Made by a program: the position numbers and the translations under genes. Of a stretch of DNA of 64,000 nucleotides, positions 1 to 8,049 are shown in pieces. Below the pieces are notes generated by a model. It did no database searches. It was not told the DNA's origin and saw only the letters and a list, made by a program, of their open reading frames with translations. The first letter of the stretch is position 1; each line of letters starts with the position of its first letter. Source of the DNA: Fidelibacterota bacterium (GTDB taxonomy: Bacteria; Fidelibacterota; UBA2242); the NCBI GenBank assembly GCA_041645495.1, contig JBAZPZ010000003.1:849-64848 (forward strand), read 5' to 3'.

Positions 1-503
1 TTCATGTCGGGTAGTCTGGAACATGCTTCAATGATTTTTCCTTCATTGGCTTTGAATTCTTCACGCCATTTTTCATAATAAACATCTAAAGCCCCGTCTT
101 TTGTATGCAGCGCATTTCTCACCTGCGAATCATAGATTAGAACCGGATGTTTGATTTTAATCCAAAGAAACTTTGTCGTAAGCGACAGAAGGTTTTTATT
201 TCCATACTTGACGGATATTCTTCTTTCAATTTCACGTATTTCTTTAACGGGGTCATCCTTAAAGTCGTCTGGTTTTAGAGGATCGATGATGTCCAAAACC
301 GGTTCGTATCGAGCAAGCGCTCTCTTTTCGTCGTATATTGAAGGTAAATTTCTCGCTACTCTATAAAAGCCACCGGCATTCTTTAATGCTTTTAGTTTTT
401 CACTCCTATTTCCATTAGATAATGCCTCACAGTACCCCATGTCATACATGAGCCACTGATTTAGATAAAGTAGCGAGCAATATTCAAAAGTTTTGGTTGC
501 CAC
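1..503 (-). CDS. Partial paralog (C-terminus runs off the window start) of the 207-aa hypothetical protein at 6753-7376; probable GTG start at 503
   Basis: Positions 3-510 align at about 93% nucleotide identity with 6877-7380, with no indels inside the coding part. The reading frame stays open on the minus strand. The ATG of copy B corresponds to GTG here. Not in the ORF track because there is no in-window stop. Confidence 0.5.
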   Translation of the reverse strand, partial: MATKTFEYCSLLYLNQWLMYDMGYCEALSNGNRSEKLKALKNAGGFYRVARNLPSIYDEKRALARYEPVLDIIDPLKPDDFKDDPVKEIREIERRISVKYGNKNLLSLTTKFLWIKIKHPVLIYDSQVRNALHTKDGALDVYYEKWREEFKANEGKIIEACSRLPDM

Positions 504-540
504 ATCTTGCTTCAATTTTTTCTCCTCCGAAATCCCTTAT

Positions 541-630
541 CATAATGCTATGAATTTATTCCCAAACAATTCTTTTATCAAGACACTTTTAACCTTCAGA
601 AGGTTAGAAACCTTCTGAAGGTTTTAACAC
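541..630. repeat. R element copy 1: ~90-bp intergenic repeat with two tandem 15-bp palindromes, AACCTTCAGAAGGTT at 591-605 and AACCTTCTGAAGGTT at 609-623
   Basis: Direct sequence match to 9790-9880 (about 85-90% identity). The two palindromes are mutual reverse complements, forming a perfect 15-bp stem with a 3-nt loop. The element lies in the divergent region between the 207-aa paralog (start 503, minus) and thrA (start 713, plus). Confidence 0.6.
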
Positions 631-712
631 TCTTGGCAGGTTCGGGAAAATATCGTATTTTTCGTCGGATCGATTTTATTGAGCATTTGACACACAGACT
701 GAAAGTTAGAGT

Positions 713-3181
713 ATGAAAGTTCTAAAATTCGGCGGAACCTCAGTAGGCAAGCCGGAAAATCTGAAAACCATTTTTCAGATCGTCGCAAAAGAAATCCAAA
801 GCGGAACCGACGTCATCACGGTCTTTTCGGCGCTCAGCAAAGTCACGGATCAGTTGACGGAAATGAGCCGCTTAGCCGCGAAAAGAGACGTGGCCTATAA
901 AACAGTCTATGACGACCTGCGCAACCGCCATTTCCAGTTCATCGAGAAAGTGATGCCGCCGGTTGAACGGGAATCCGTGATCGCGGAAATCGAATCCATT
1001 CTCTCCGAACTGCAGGACATCGTGCATGGCGTTTACTTGTTGAAGGAATTATCCGGGCAGTCGCTCGACCTGATCCTGAGTTTCGGCGAACGCCTGTCTT
1101 GTACGATCATCGCCGCCTATGGCAAGTCCGCCGGCCATGCGACTCATTACGCGGATGCCCGGCAAATTTTCACGACCAATGACCACTTCGGGGCGGCGCG
1201 GATCATTTCGAATATTACAACTCCCAAAATACAGGCCCTTTTTCAAAATTATACCGGAGTACCTGTCGTAACCGGATTTATTGCGGCGACCGAAGACGGT
1301 GTCACGACGACTCTGGGACGAGGCGGCTCCGACCTGACCGCTTCCCTGATCGGCGCGGCCTTAGATGCCGAAGAAATTCAGATCTGGACGGACGTCAACG
1401 GTTTCATGTCCGCCGATCCGCACAAGGTCAAAGAAGCCTTTTCTCTGCGTGAACTCAGTTACGAAGAAGCAGTTGAACTCAGTCACTTCGGCGCCAAAGT
1501 GCTTTTCCCACCGACTATTCAGCCGGTGATAGATAAAAAGATTCCAGTCCGGATTATGAACACTTTCAATCCGGATTTTCCCGGCACGGTCATCAAGAAA
1601 AATCCTTCTGCCAACGGCGGTTTTATTAAAGGAATCACCTCGATCAGGCATATTTCTCTGCTGACTGTTCAGGGCAGTGGCATGATCGGCGTCAGCGGCA
1701 TTTCGTCCCGCCTGTTCGGCGCGCTCGCCAAAGTCAACGTGAATGTGATCCTGATTTCCCAGGCATCCTCGGAACATTCCATCTGCGTGGCCATTTTGCA
1801 TGATTCCGTCCATAAGGCAAAAACGGCAATCGAAGAGGAATTCTCGATGGAGATCAAAGTCCGCATGGTCGACCCGGTCATCGTGGAAAATGACCTGATC
1901 ATCATCGCCGTGGTCGGTGAACGGATGCGTAAAACCACCGGACTGGCCGGGCGACTCTTCAGTGCTCTCGGCGAAAAAACCATCAATGTCGTGGCTATTG
2001 CACAGGGCTCTTCGGAATTGAACATCTCGATTGTAATCGATCAAAAGGACGAGGATCAGGCACTCAACGCCATCCACAATGCCTTCTTCGCAAAAAAAGT
2101 AAAAGTGAACCTGTTCCTTTTCGGCGTCGGACTGATCGGTTCAGCTCTTATCGAACAGATTAGATCGAATTATATCAATTTGCTGAATAAATATGCCCTA
2201 GATTTGAAAGTCGTCGGGCTGGCCAACAGCCGGAAAATGCTGATCGACAAAGACGGCATCGATTTGAATGACTGGCGAAAATCCCTGAACGATTCCCCGG
2301 TCAAAACCGATATGCAAGTGTTGCTAGCTGAGATAAAGAAACTGAATCTGGATAACAATGTTTTAGTAGATTGTACTGCCAGCGCCGAAATCGTGACGCA
2401 TTATGAACAAGTTTTGACCGGGCGGACCTCCATCGTCACCGCGAATAAAATCGGCAACACCGGTTCGTATTCCCAATATGTCAAATTCCGGGACCTCGCG
2501 AAAAGCAAACACGTCCATTTCCTCTATGAAACCAACGCCGGGGCGGCTCTGCCGATCATCAGCACTCTGCGGGACATGATCAATTCCGGCGACCGGATTA
2601 TCCGGATCGAAGCGATCCTGTCCGGCACAATCAGTTATATACTCAATAATTTCAAGCCGGGGAAAAAGTTCAGCGACATCGTCCGCGAAGCCAAAGATAA
2701 AGGTTTTACCGAACCCGACCCGCGCGATGACCTCAGTGGTCTCGATTTCGCCCGCAAAGTTCTGATCCTCGCCCGGGAGATCGGGAATCCCACTGAACTA
2801 GCCGATATTCAGATCGAACCGATCTTGCCGGAGAATTGCTACAAAGCCCCTTCGATCGAGGCGTTCTTCGAGGAACTTGAAAAATCCAATGCTTACTTCG
2901 ATAAATTGCTACAACAGGCGCACGCCGAAGGCAAAGTCCTACGCTATATCGCGATTTACGAAAACGAAAAAACGTCGATGAAATTAGAAAAAGTGAATTC
3001 CGCCCATCCCTTCTATTCGCTGAGCGGCAGTGACAATATCATTGCCTTTACGACTAATCGTTACGCCGAAAATCCGCTGGTTATCAAAGGAGCGGGCGCC
3101 GGCGCGGAAGTGACGGCCGCGGGCGTCATGGCGGATATTTTCAAGATTGCCAACGCCGTAATGAAGAGTAAGAGTTTCTGA
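713..3181 (+). CDS. thrA: Bifunctional aspartokinase / homoserine dehydrogenase
   Basis: 822 aa. N-terminal aspartokinase (MKVLKFGGTSVG), two ACT regions, and a C-terminal homoserine dehydrogenase domain. thrB follows. Confidence 0.9.
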   Translation: MKVLKFGGTSVGKPENLKTIFQIVAKEIQSGTDVITVFSALSKVTDQLTEMSRLAAKRDVAYKTVYDDLRNRHFQFIEKVMPPVERESVIAEIESILSELQDIVHGVYLLKELSGQSLDLILSFGERLSCTIIAAYGKSAGHATHYADARQIFTTNDHFGAARIISNITTPKIQALFQNYTGVPVVTGFIAATEDGVTTTLGRGGSDLTASLIGAALDAEEIQIWTDVNGFMSADPHKVKEAFSLRELSYEEAVELSHFGAKVLFPPTIQPVIDKKIPVRIMNTFNPDFPGTVIKKNPSANGGFIKGITSIRHISLLTVQGSGMIGVSGISSRLFGALAKVNVNVILISQASSEHSICVAILHDSVHKAKTAIEEEFSMEIKVRMVDPVIVENDLIIIAVVGERMRKTTGLAGRLFSALGEKTINVVAIAQGSSELNISIVIDQKDEDQALNAIHNAFFAKKVKVNLFLFGVGLIGSALIEQIRSNYINLLNKYALDLKVVGLANSRKMLIDKDGIDLNDWRKSLNDSPVKTDMQVLLAEIKKLNLDNNVLVDCTASAEIVTHYEQVLTGRTSIVTANKIGNTGSYSQYVKFRDLAKSKHVHFLYETNAGAALPIISTLRDMINSGDRIIRIEAILSGTISYILNNFKPGKKFSDIVREAKDKGFTEPDPRDDLSGLDFARKVLILAREIGNPTELADIQIEPILPENCYKAPSIEAFFEELEKSNAYFDKLLQQAHAEGKVLRYIAIYENEKTSMKLEKVNSAHPFYSLSGSDNIIAFTTNRYAENPLVIKGAGAGAEVTAAGVMADIFKIANAVMKSKSF

Positions 3182-4119
3182 TGAAGTCCATAACGGTTTT
3201 CGCTCCCGCCACCGTGGCCAATGTCGCCTGCGGTTTCGACGTCTTCGGATTCGCCGTACATGAACCGGGCGACGTCGCTAAGGTCACTCTGCGGGAAACT
3301 CCCGGCGTCGAAATTACCCGCATTACCGGCGACAGCAGACAGTTGCCGAAATCCGCCGAGAAGAATACGGCCGGTTTCGCGGCCATCCGTTATCTCGAAA
3401 CCATCGACTCCAAACAGGGCGTCGAAATCGAATTGCAGAAGAAAATGCCGCTGAATAGCGGCCTGGGTTCGAGCGCTGCCAGCGCGGTTGCCGTCCTTTT
3501 TGCGATCAATGCGCTTTTCGAAAACCGGCTCACGAAACATGAATTGCTCAGTATCGCGATACAGTCGGAGAAATTAGCCTGCGGCGCCGCGCACGCCGAC
3601 AACGTCGCTCCGGCGCTTTTCGGCGGTTTTGTACTTATCCGTGAAAACGATCCGCCGGACATCGTGGAATTGCCGGTTCCGGATAACCTTTACTGTACGA
3701 TCATTCACCCGGAAGTCGAAATTCGCACCGCGGATGCCCGCAATATCCTCACTCCGCAGATTCCCCTGAAGGATGCAGTCAGGCAATGGGCGAACACGGC
3801 GGGATTGGTCGCCGGACTTTTCCGGAAAGACTTTGCGCTCATCGGCCGCTCTTTACACGATCACGTCATCGAACCACAACGGGCTATGCTTATTCCCTAT
3901 TTCTATGAATTGAAACAGGCGGCTTTAGCCAGCGGCGCCCTCGGTTGCAGTATATCCGGTTCGGGACCTTCCGTCTTCGCGCTATCGCAAACGCAAGTCG
4001 TTGCCGCGAAAATCGCCGAGGCCATGCAAACCGTCCTGAATAATCACGGGATCGGCAATCAGATTTACGTCTCTCCCATCAGCACCAAAGGACCGGAAAT
4101 CATCGCTCAAGAGGAATAA
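3181..4119 (+). CDS. thrB: Homoserine kinase
   Basis: 312 aa GHMP kinase with the PLNSGLGSSAASAVA motif. Start overlaps the thrA stop (ATGA). Confidence 0.9.
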   Translation: MKSITVFAPATVANVACGFDVFGFAVHEPGDVAKVTLRETPGVEITRITGDSRQLPKSAEKNTAGFAAIRYLETIDSKQGVEIELQKKMPLNSGLGSSAASAVAVLFAINALFENRLTKHELLSIAIQSEKLACGAAHADNVAPALFGGFVLIRENDPPDIVELPVPDNLYCTIIHPEVEIRTADARNILTPQIPLKDAVRQWANTAGLVAGLFRKDFALIGRSLHDHVIEPQRAMLIPYFYELKQAALASGALGCSISGSGPSVFALSQTQVVAAKIAEAMQTVLNNHGIGNQIYVSPISTKGPEIIAQEE

Positions 4120-4123
4120 AACT

Positions 4124-5440
4124 TTGCGATATTACAGCACTGCCGACCGCACCCATAAAGTTCCCCTGAGAGAGGCCGTTCTGAACGGCATGCCCGCCGA
4201 CGGTGGTCTTTACATGCCCGAATCTCTGCCGGTAATGCCGGATAAATTCTTCCGCGATCTGCCGGAGATGACTTTTCAGTCCTTGTCTTTCGAAGTGGCC
4301 AAAACCCTGATCGGCAATGACGTCCCAGCCGACATCCTGCATAAAATTATAGACGACGCCATCAATTTCGAAACCACGCTGGTAAACATTACGGAAAAGA
4401 TCAAGACCCTCGAACTTTTCCACGGGCCGACCCTCGCTTTTAAAGACGTCGGCGCGCGGTTCATGTCGCGCCTGATGGCCTATTTCGTCCGGGGCAGTGA
4501 TCGTAAACTCAACATTCTGGTCGCGACCTCCGGCGACACCGGCAGCGCCGTCGCCAATGGTTTTTTCCAGATCCCCGGCATCAACGTCATCGTCCTTTAC
4601 CCGGCCGGGAAGATCAGCCTAATCCAGGAAAAGCAAATCGCGACGATGGGCGGGAACGTCATTGCTTTGAAAGTAAAAGGCACGTTCGACGATTGCCAGC
4701 GTTTGGTGAAAGCCGCCTTAGTCGATCCGGATGTTCAAAAAGCCCTGACGGTCAGTTCCGCCAATTCGATCAACATTGCGCGGCTGATTCCGCAAACCTT
4801 TTACTATTTCAATGCCTTCCGGCAGATCCAAGATTTTCACGACAAAAAGATTGCGGTCTGCGTTCCCAGCGGCAACTTCGGTAATCTTACCGCCGGCCTG
4901 ATCGCTAAAAAGATGGGACTGCCGGTTGACCGCTTCATCGCCGCTACCAACATCAACCATATCGTCCCGGATTACCTATCAACCGGGATTTTCCACCCGC
5001 AGGCTTCCATTCAGACCATTTCCAACGCCATGGACGTCGGGAATCCCAGCAATTTTGCCCGCATGCTCGCCCTCTATGACAATTCGTTAGACAACATGCG
5101 CCGGGACATCGACGGTGAATATTTTACCGACGACGAGACCCGCGCCGCGATTGCCGCAGTTTATCGTGAGATTGGCTACATTCTCGATCCGCACGGCGCC
5201 GTCGGTTACCTGGGAATTAAAAACTATCTCGACCGAAATCCGTCAACAGATACCGGTATTTTCCTTGAAACAGCGCACCCGGCGAAGTTCCGGGATGTGG
5301 TGGAACCGATCATCGGAACGACTATCGCGATCCCAGACCGGCTTGCAAAATTCCTTGAACGAAAAGTGTTATCAATAAATATATCCAGCGAGTATGAGGA
5401 ATTCAAAGCCTTCCTGTTGGAAAACAAGATTCTTTATTGA
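4124..5440 (+). CDS. thrC: Threonine synthase
   Basis: 438 aa, PLP enzyme with the FHGPTLAFKDVG lysine motif. Third gene of the thrABC operon. Confidence 0.9.
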   Translation: MRYYSTADRTHKVPLREAVLNGMPADGGLYMPESLPVMPDKFFRDLPEMTFQSLSFEVAKTLIGNDVPADILHKIIDDAINFETTLVNITEKIKTLELFHGPTLAFKDVGARFMSRLMAYFVRGSDRKLNILVATSGDTGSAVANGFFQIPGINVIVLYPAGKISLIQEKQIATMGGNVIALKVKGTFDDCQRLVKAALVDPDVQKALTVSSANSINIARLIPQTFYYFNAFRQIQDFHDKKIAVCVPSGNFGNLTAGLIAKKMGLPVDRFIAATNINHIVPDYLSTGIFHPQASIQTISNAMDVGNPSNFARMLALYDNSLDNMRRDIDGEYFTDDETRAAIAAVYREIGYILDPHGAVGYLGIKNYLDRNPSTDTGIFLETAHPAKFRDVVEPIIGTTIAIPDRLAKFLERKVLSINISSEYEEFKAFLLENKILY

Positions 5441-5462
5441 CCAAACCATCTTCCCGCGTTGA

Positions 5463-5687
5463 CTTACTGAATTGTTATGTGGTGCCGAACCGGAAGTCAT
5501 GACGCTCGCCAAATCTCATGGCAGCGGTGTCCAACTCGGCGCGGAAATCGTCGACAAATGCCGCGCCCAAAACCTGCTGATCAACTGCACGCACCAAACC
5601 GTTCTGCGCCTCATGCCCGCCATCAATGTCACCAAAGAGCAGATCGACCGCGCAGTCGCGATCATCGGCAAGGCGTTGGAAGAATAA
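5463..5687 (+). pseudogene. 3-prime remnant (about 74 codons) of a class-III aminotransferase gene (ArgD / acetylornithine aminotransferase-like)
   Basis: The translation (QLGAEIVDKCRAQNLLINCTHQTVLRLMPAINVTKEQIDRAVAIIGKALEE) matches the extreme C-terminus of ArgD/GabT-type aminotransferases. The frame is closed by TGA at 5460-5462, only 20 nt after the thrC stop, so about 330 N-terminal codons are missing. Confidence 0.6.
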
Positions 5688-5734
5688 AAGTCAACAGAGT
5701 TTCAAAATAGATGAGGATTCTTTTATATTGGATT

Positions 5735-6817
5735 TTACTTTATCTTCGTCAATAGCCAATCTGTCAATCCAAATTCAACTATCATTTTTGCCAGCCGTTT
5801 TGGTAAAATAAGTTCAATGTCTTCGTATTTGGTGTTTTTAAATTCAGCAAGAGTTTTGTCAGGGCTATGAACTACGAAATATAGTTTTCTAAATATACCA
5901 TGTGAAAACTCTTGAGCATATTTTTCAAATTCATCCACAGTTGCTCTGGATTTGACTTGTACCTGATACTTATCCTCTGTTATTGGCTCAACCAATTCCA
6001 TATCGACATATTTCATTACTTCCCCTAAAAGACTGACTCGACGCCAACCAGCATTTCGAAATATCAAATCAACCAAAGTCTCAAAATCTTTCCAGTGTAA
6101 TTGCTCCAATCCCATCGCAACTTCCGTTATCAGTTTTGCTTTATTTCGAGAGATCGATTTGAAAGCATTGCTTGGTTTATCATTTATAAGTCTTCTCAAC
6201 GTTTCAACTTCTGCTATTTCGCAAATTGTCCCTCGAAATCCCTGTACTTTCGCAATATTTCCAGGAATTTGACTAATCAATAAAGGCTTCCCTTTTATAT
6301 CATGATTATGCCATTCCCCCGAAAGCAAACGGTACACTGATATTTCATCCTTAAAGATACCTTTTTTACCAAGACGACACCACCAAAGCTGACATTTATG
6401 GAAAGTTATCCAAATATCGTTTGATGCGGATTGAGTTATTTTTTTTAGGGCATTTATATCCATTGTCGCGACCCCGTCAGTTTTATACTCATGTCTATAT
6501 TTTATTTTGAGTGCGTCCCAATCTCCTCGATTGATTTCTTCGAGCGTCCAATTATTCCACCCAATTCGCGCTTTATTTTCTCTAATGCTAGATGTTTCCC
6601 ATTCTCCTCCTCTACCCAGTTTGATGTAGTAGGCTTTCGTAAATTTTTCCGTTTTCATTTCAGTACCGTCCTTTAAAGATAAGCCTTCTTTTGTCTTTAT
6701 CGCTCGTTTTATATCAGTGGCGTAGCCTTGCAGAATCTGCCGGATGTTATTGTTAAGCACTGTTACCTTTGTTCCAAAGATAAATATCAAAAACTCTTTC
6801 ATGAAACCATGTTTCAT
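5735..6817 (-). CDS. Two-domain protein: unknown N-terminal domain (about 210 aa) fused to a C-terminal Mrr-type PD-(D/E)xK nuclease domain
   Basis: 360 aa. The C-terminal segment WKDFETLVDLIFRNAGW...YVDMELVEP...KYQVQVKS fits the Mrr_cat pattern (FE-LV-L, a D..E block, then a QVK lysine). The N-terminal region (AYYIKLGRGGEWE..ARIGW) was not recognised. The start overlaps the stop of the upstream 207-aa gene by 65 nt, so the two are co-transcribed; the alternative start MKEFLIF at 6802 still overlaps. Confidence 0.55.
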   Translation of the reverse strand: MKHGFMKEFLIFIFGTKVTVLNNNIRQILQGYATDIKRAIKTKEGLSLKDGTEMKTEKFTKAYYIKLGRGGEWETSSIRENKARIGWNNWTLEEINRGDWDALKIKYRHEYKTDGVATMDINALKKITQSASNDIWITFHKCQLWWCRLGKKGIFKDEISVYRLLSGEWHNHDIKGKPLLISQIPGNIAKVQGFRGTICEIAEVETLRRLINDKPSNAFKSISRNKAKLITEVAMGLEQLHWKDFETLVDLIFRNAGWRRVSLLGEVMKYVDMELVEPITEDKYQVQVKSRATVDEFEKYAQEFSHGIFRKLYFVVHSPDKTLAEFKNTKYEDIELILPKRLAKMIVEFGLTDWLLTKIK

Positions 6818-7376
6818 TTGATATCTCCCGAATATATTCTTCTGTTCCGACCTCCTGATTCACCGCATACTTATTCATCTCGGGTAGTCTGGAACATACT
6901 TCAATGATTTTTCCTTCATTGGCTTTGAATTCTTCACGCCATTTTTCATAATAAGCATCTAAAGCCCCGTCTTTTGTATGCAGCGCACTTCTCACCTGTG
7001 AATCATAGATTAGAATCGGATGCTTGATTTTAATCCAAAGAAACTTTGTCGTAAGCGACAGAAGGTTTTTATTTCCATACTTGGCGGATATACTTCTTTC
7101 AATTTCACGTATTTCTTTAACGGGGTCATCCTTAAAGTTGTCTGGTTTTAGAGGGTCGATAATGTCCAAAACCGGTGCGTATCTATCAAGCCCTTTCTTT
7201 TCGTCGTATTCCGAAGGTAAATTTCTCGCTACTCTATAAAAGCCACCGGCATTTTTTAATGCAGTCAGTTTTTCACTCTTGTTGCCATTAGATAATGCCT
7301 GACAGTAACCCATGTCATAGATGAGCCACTGATTTAGATAATAGAGCGAGCAATATTCAAAAGTTTTGATTGCCAT
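6753..7376 (-). CDS. Hypothetical protein (207 aa), first gene of the two-gene module with the Mrr-like nuclease
   Basis: Clean ORF with a Shine-Dalgarno (AAGGAGAGGT) 0-3 nt before the ATG, immediately downstream of the attC1 R-prime core. No transmembrane segment and no recognisable family. A paralog sits at 1-503. Confidence 0.6.
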   Translation of the reverse strand: MAIKTFEYCSLYYLNQWLIYDMGYCQALSNGNKSEKLTALKNAGGFYRVARNLPSEYDEKKGLDRYAPVLDIIDPLKPDNFKDDPVKEIREIERSISAKYGNKNLLSLTTKFLWIKIKHPILIYDSQVRSALHTKDGALDAYYEKWREEFKANEGKIIEVCSRLPEMNKYAVNQEVGTEEYIREISNETWFHERVFDIYLWNKGNSA

Positions 7377-7389
7377 ACCTCTCCTTGAT

Positions 7390-7452
7390 ACCTAACGCAA
7401 CGCCTCTCGGGGCGCGAGGAACGAGCGCTCCTTTTGCAGGCGCTTGTTAGGT
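7390..7452 (-). other. Integron-type attC recombination site (attC1, 63 bp)
   Basis: Read in the cassette (minus) direction: R-double-prime ACCTAAC (fits RYYYAAC and contains the TAA stop of ORF172), L-double-prime AAGCGCC, an imperfect inner palindrome, L-prime GGCGTTGC, and R-prime GTTAGGT (fits GTTRRRY). It is followed by SD + ATG of the next ORF. The complement of R-double-prime equals the TTAGGT found at the 5-prime edge of its own cassette. Confidence 0.6.
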
Positions 7453-7965
7453 GATTTTAAGTTGATAAATCTTGCATCCATACTGAGTGCGGCGAAAAAA
7501 AGCATAAATGGGAGGCAATGCCTTAGGTGTGACAAAGCCACCCTGTGAGAGGTTGATGTTATTGATTTGACTGTGGCGTCCGAATAGGCAAAGGAATGAC
7601 TGTGAATTAGTATACTTTTTCTGGAAAGCGGCTAACTTTTTATAATCAAGATTCACATCAAGCGTATTGATCCGCTTTCTAGGCCATTTAACTTCTAATG
7701 CGAAGTGGTATCGTTCCTTCTTTGCCACGAAATCAATCCTTTTATGGCCAACACTTCCCTCGTTTGGAAGAAAGCCCTTACAAGAAACCTCGCATTTAAC
7801 ATCGTATTTGCGAATCAAGAGTACGCGAAGAATAGACTCATACAATTGGTATTCGGTGAAAGCTATATTCGCGTCGCAAGCAGCAAGATAGCTGATATGC
7901 CCTGCCAAGGCCCGTTGAATGCGAAATAGTGATTCGTATGGTTCGTCGAGTTCACGCTTCCTCAT
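7447..7965 (-). CDS. Hypothetical protein (172 aa), possible PD-(D/E)xK-fold nuclease, alone in its cassette
   Basis: ORF with SD (AAGGAGATTAGATA) + ATG directly after the GTTAGGT core of attC2. The stop codon is embedded in the R-double-prime core of attC1. The segment RIDFVAKKERYHFALEVKW resembles a D..E-x-K nuclease motif. This is a weak inference. Confidence 0.5.
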   Translation of the reverse strand: MRKRELDEPYESLFRIQRALAGHISYLAACDANIAFTEYQLYESILRVLLIRKYDVKCEVSCKGFLPNEGSVGHKRIDFVAKKERYHFALEVKWPRKRINTLDVNLDYKKLAAFQKKYTNSQSFLCLFGRHSQINNINLSQGGFVTPKALPPIYAFFRRTQYGCKIYQLKIT

Positions 7966-7983
7966 TATCTAATCTCCTTAATT

Positions 7984-8041
7984 ACCTAACGCTGCGGCTC
8001 AGCGGCGGCGGAACGCCGTCCGCTGTAGCCGATTGTTGGGG
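7984..8041 (-). other. Integron-type attC recombination site (attC2, 58 bp)
   Basis: Cassette direction: R-double-prime CCCCAAC (8041-8035), inner imperfect palindrome AATCGGCTACAGCGG...CCGCCGCTGAGCCGCAGC, and R-prime GTTAGGT (7990-7984). It lies 9 nt after the HNH gene stop and 18 nt before the ORF172 ATG. Confidence 0.55.
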
Positions 8042-8049
8042 CTTCTCTT

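Noticed and set aside
151-366. 71-aa plus-strand ORF (and its twin at 7024-7239) that looks conserved between two loci
   Set aside because: Both are antisense to the two copies of the 207-aa gene. The apparent conservation is just the duplicated gene read on the wrong strand.
630-712. Sigma-54 promoter or thr leader-peptide attenuator upstream of thrA
   Set aside because: A TGGCAG is present at about 634, but there is no properly spaced TTGC element. There is no Thr/Ile-rich leader ORF and no alternative hairpin pair. Only the R-element palindromes occupy this region.
1361-2077. 238-aa minus-strand ORF inside thrA (and similar long antisense ORFs inside selA, pyrG, argS, e.g. 12550-13185, 42722-43624, 44804-45793)
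   Set aside because: They are antisense to strongly supported housekeeping genes, have Arg/Asp-rich composition typical of GC-rich antisense frames, and have no ribosome-binding site.
5688-5735. Expected attC at the distal end of the last cassette (after the 360-aa gene)
   Set aside because: No RYYYAAC...GTTRRRY pair or palindrome is present. The array appears truncated at the argD-like remnant.
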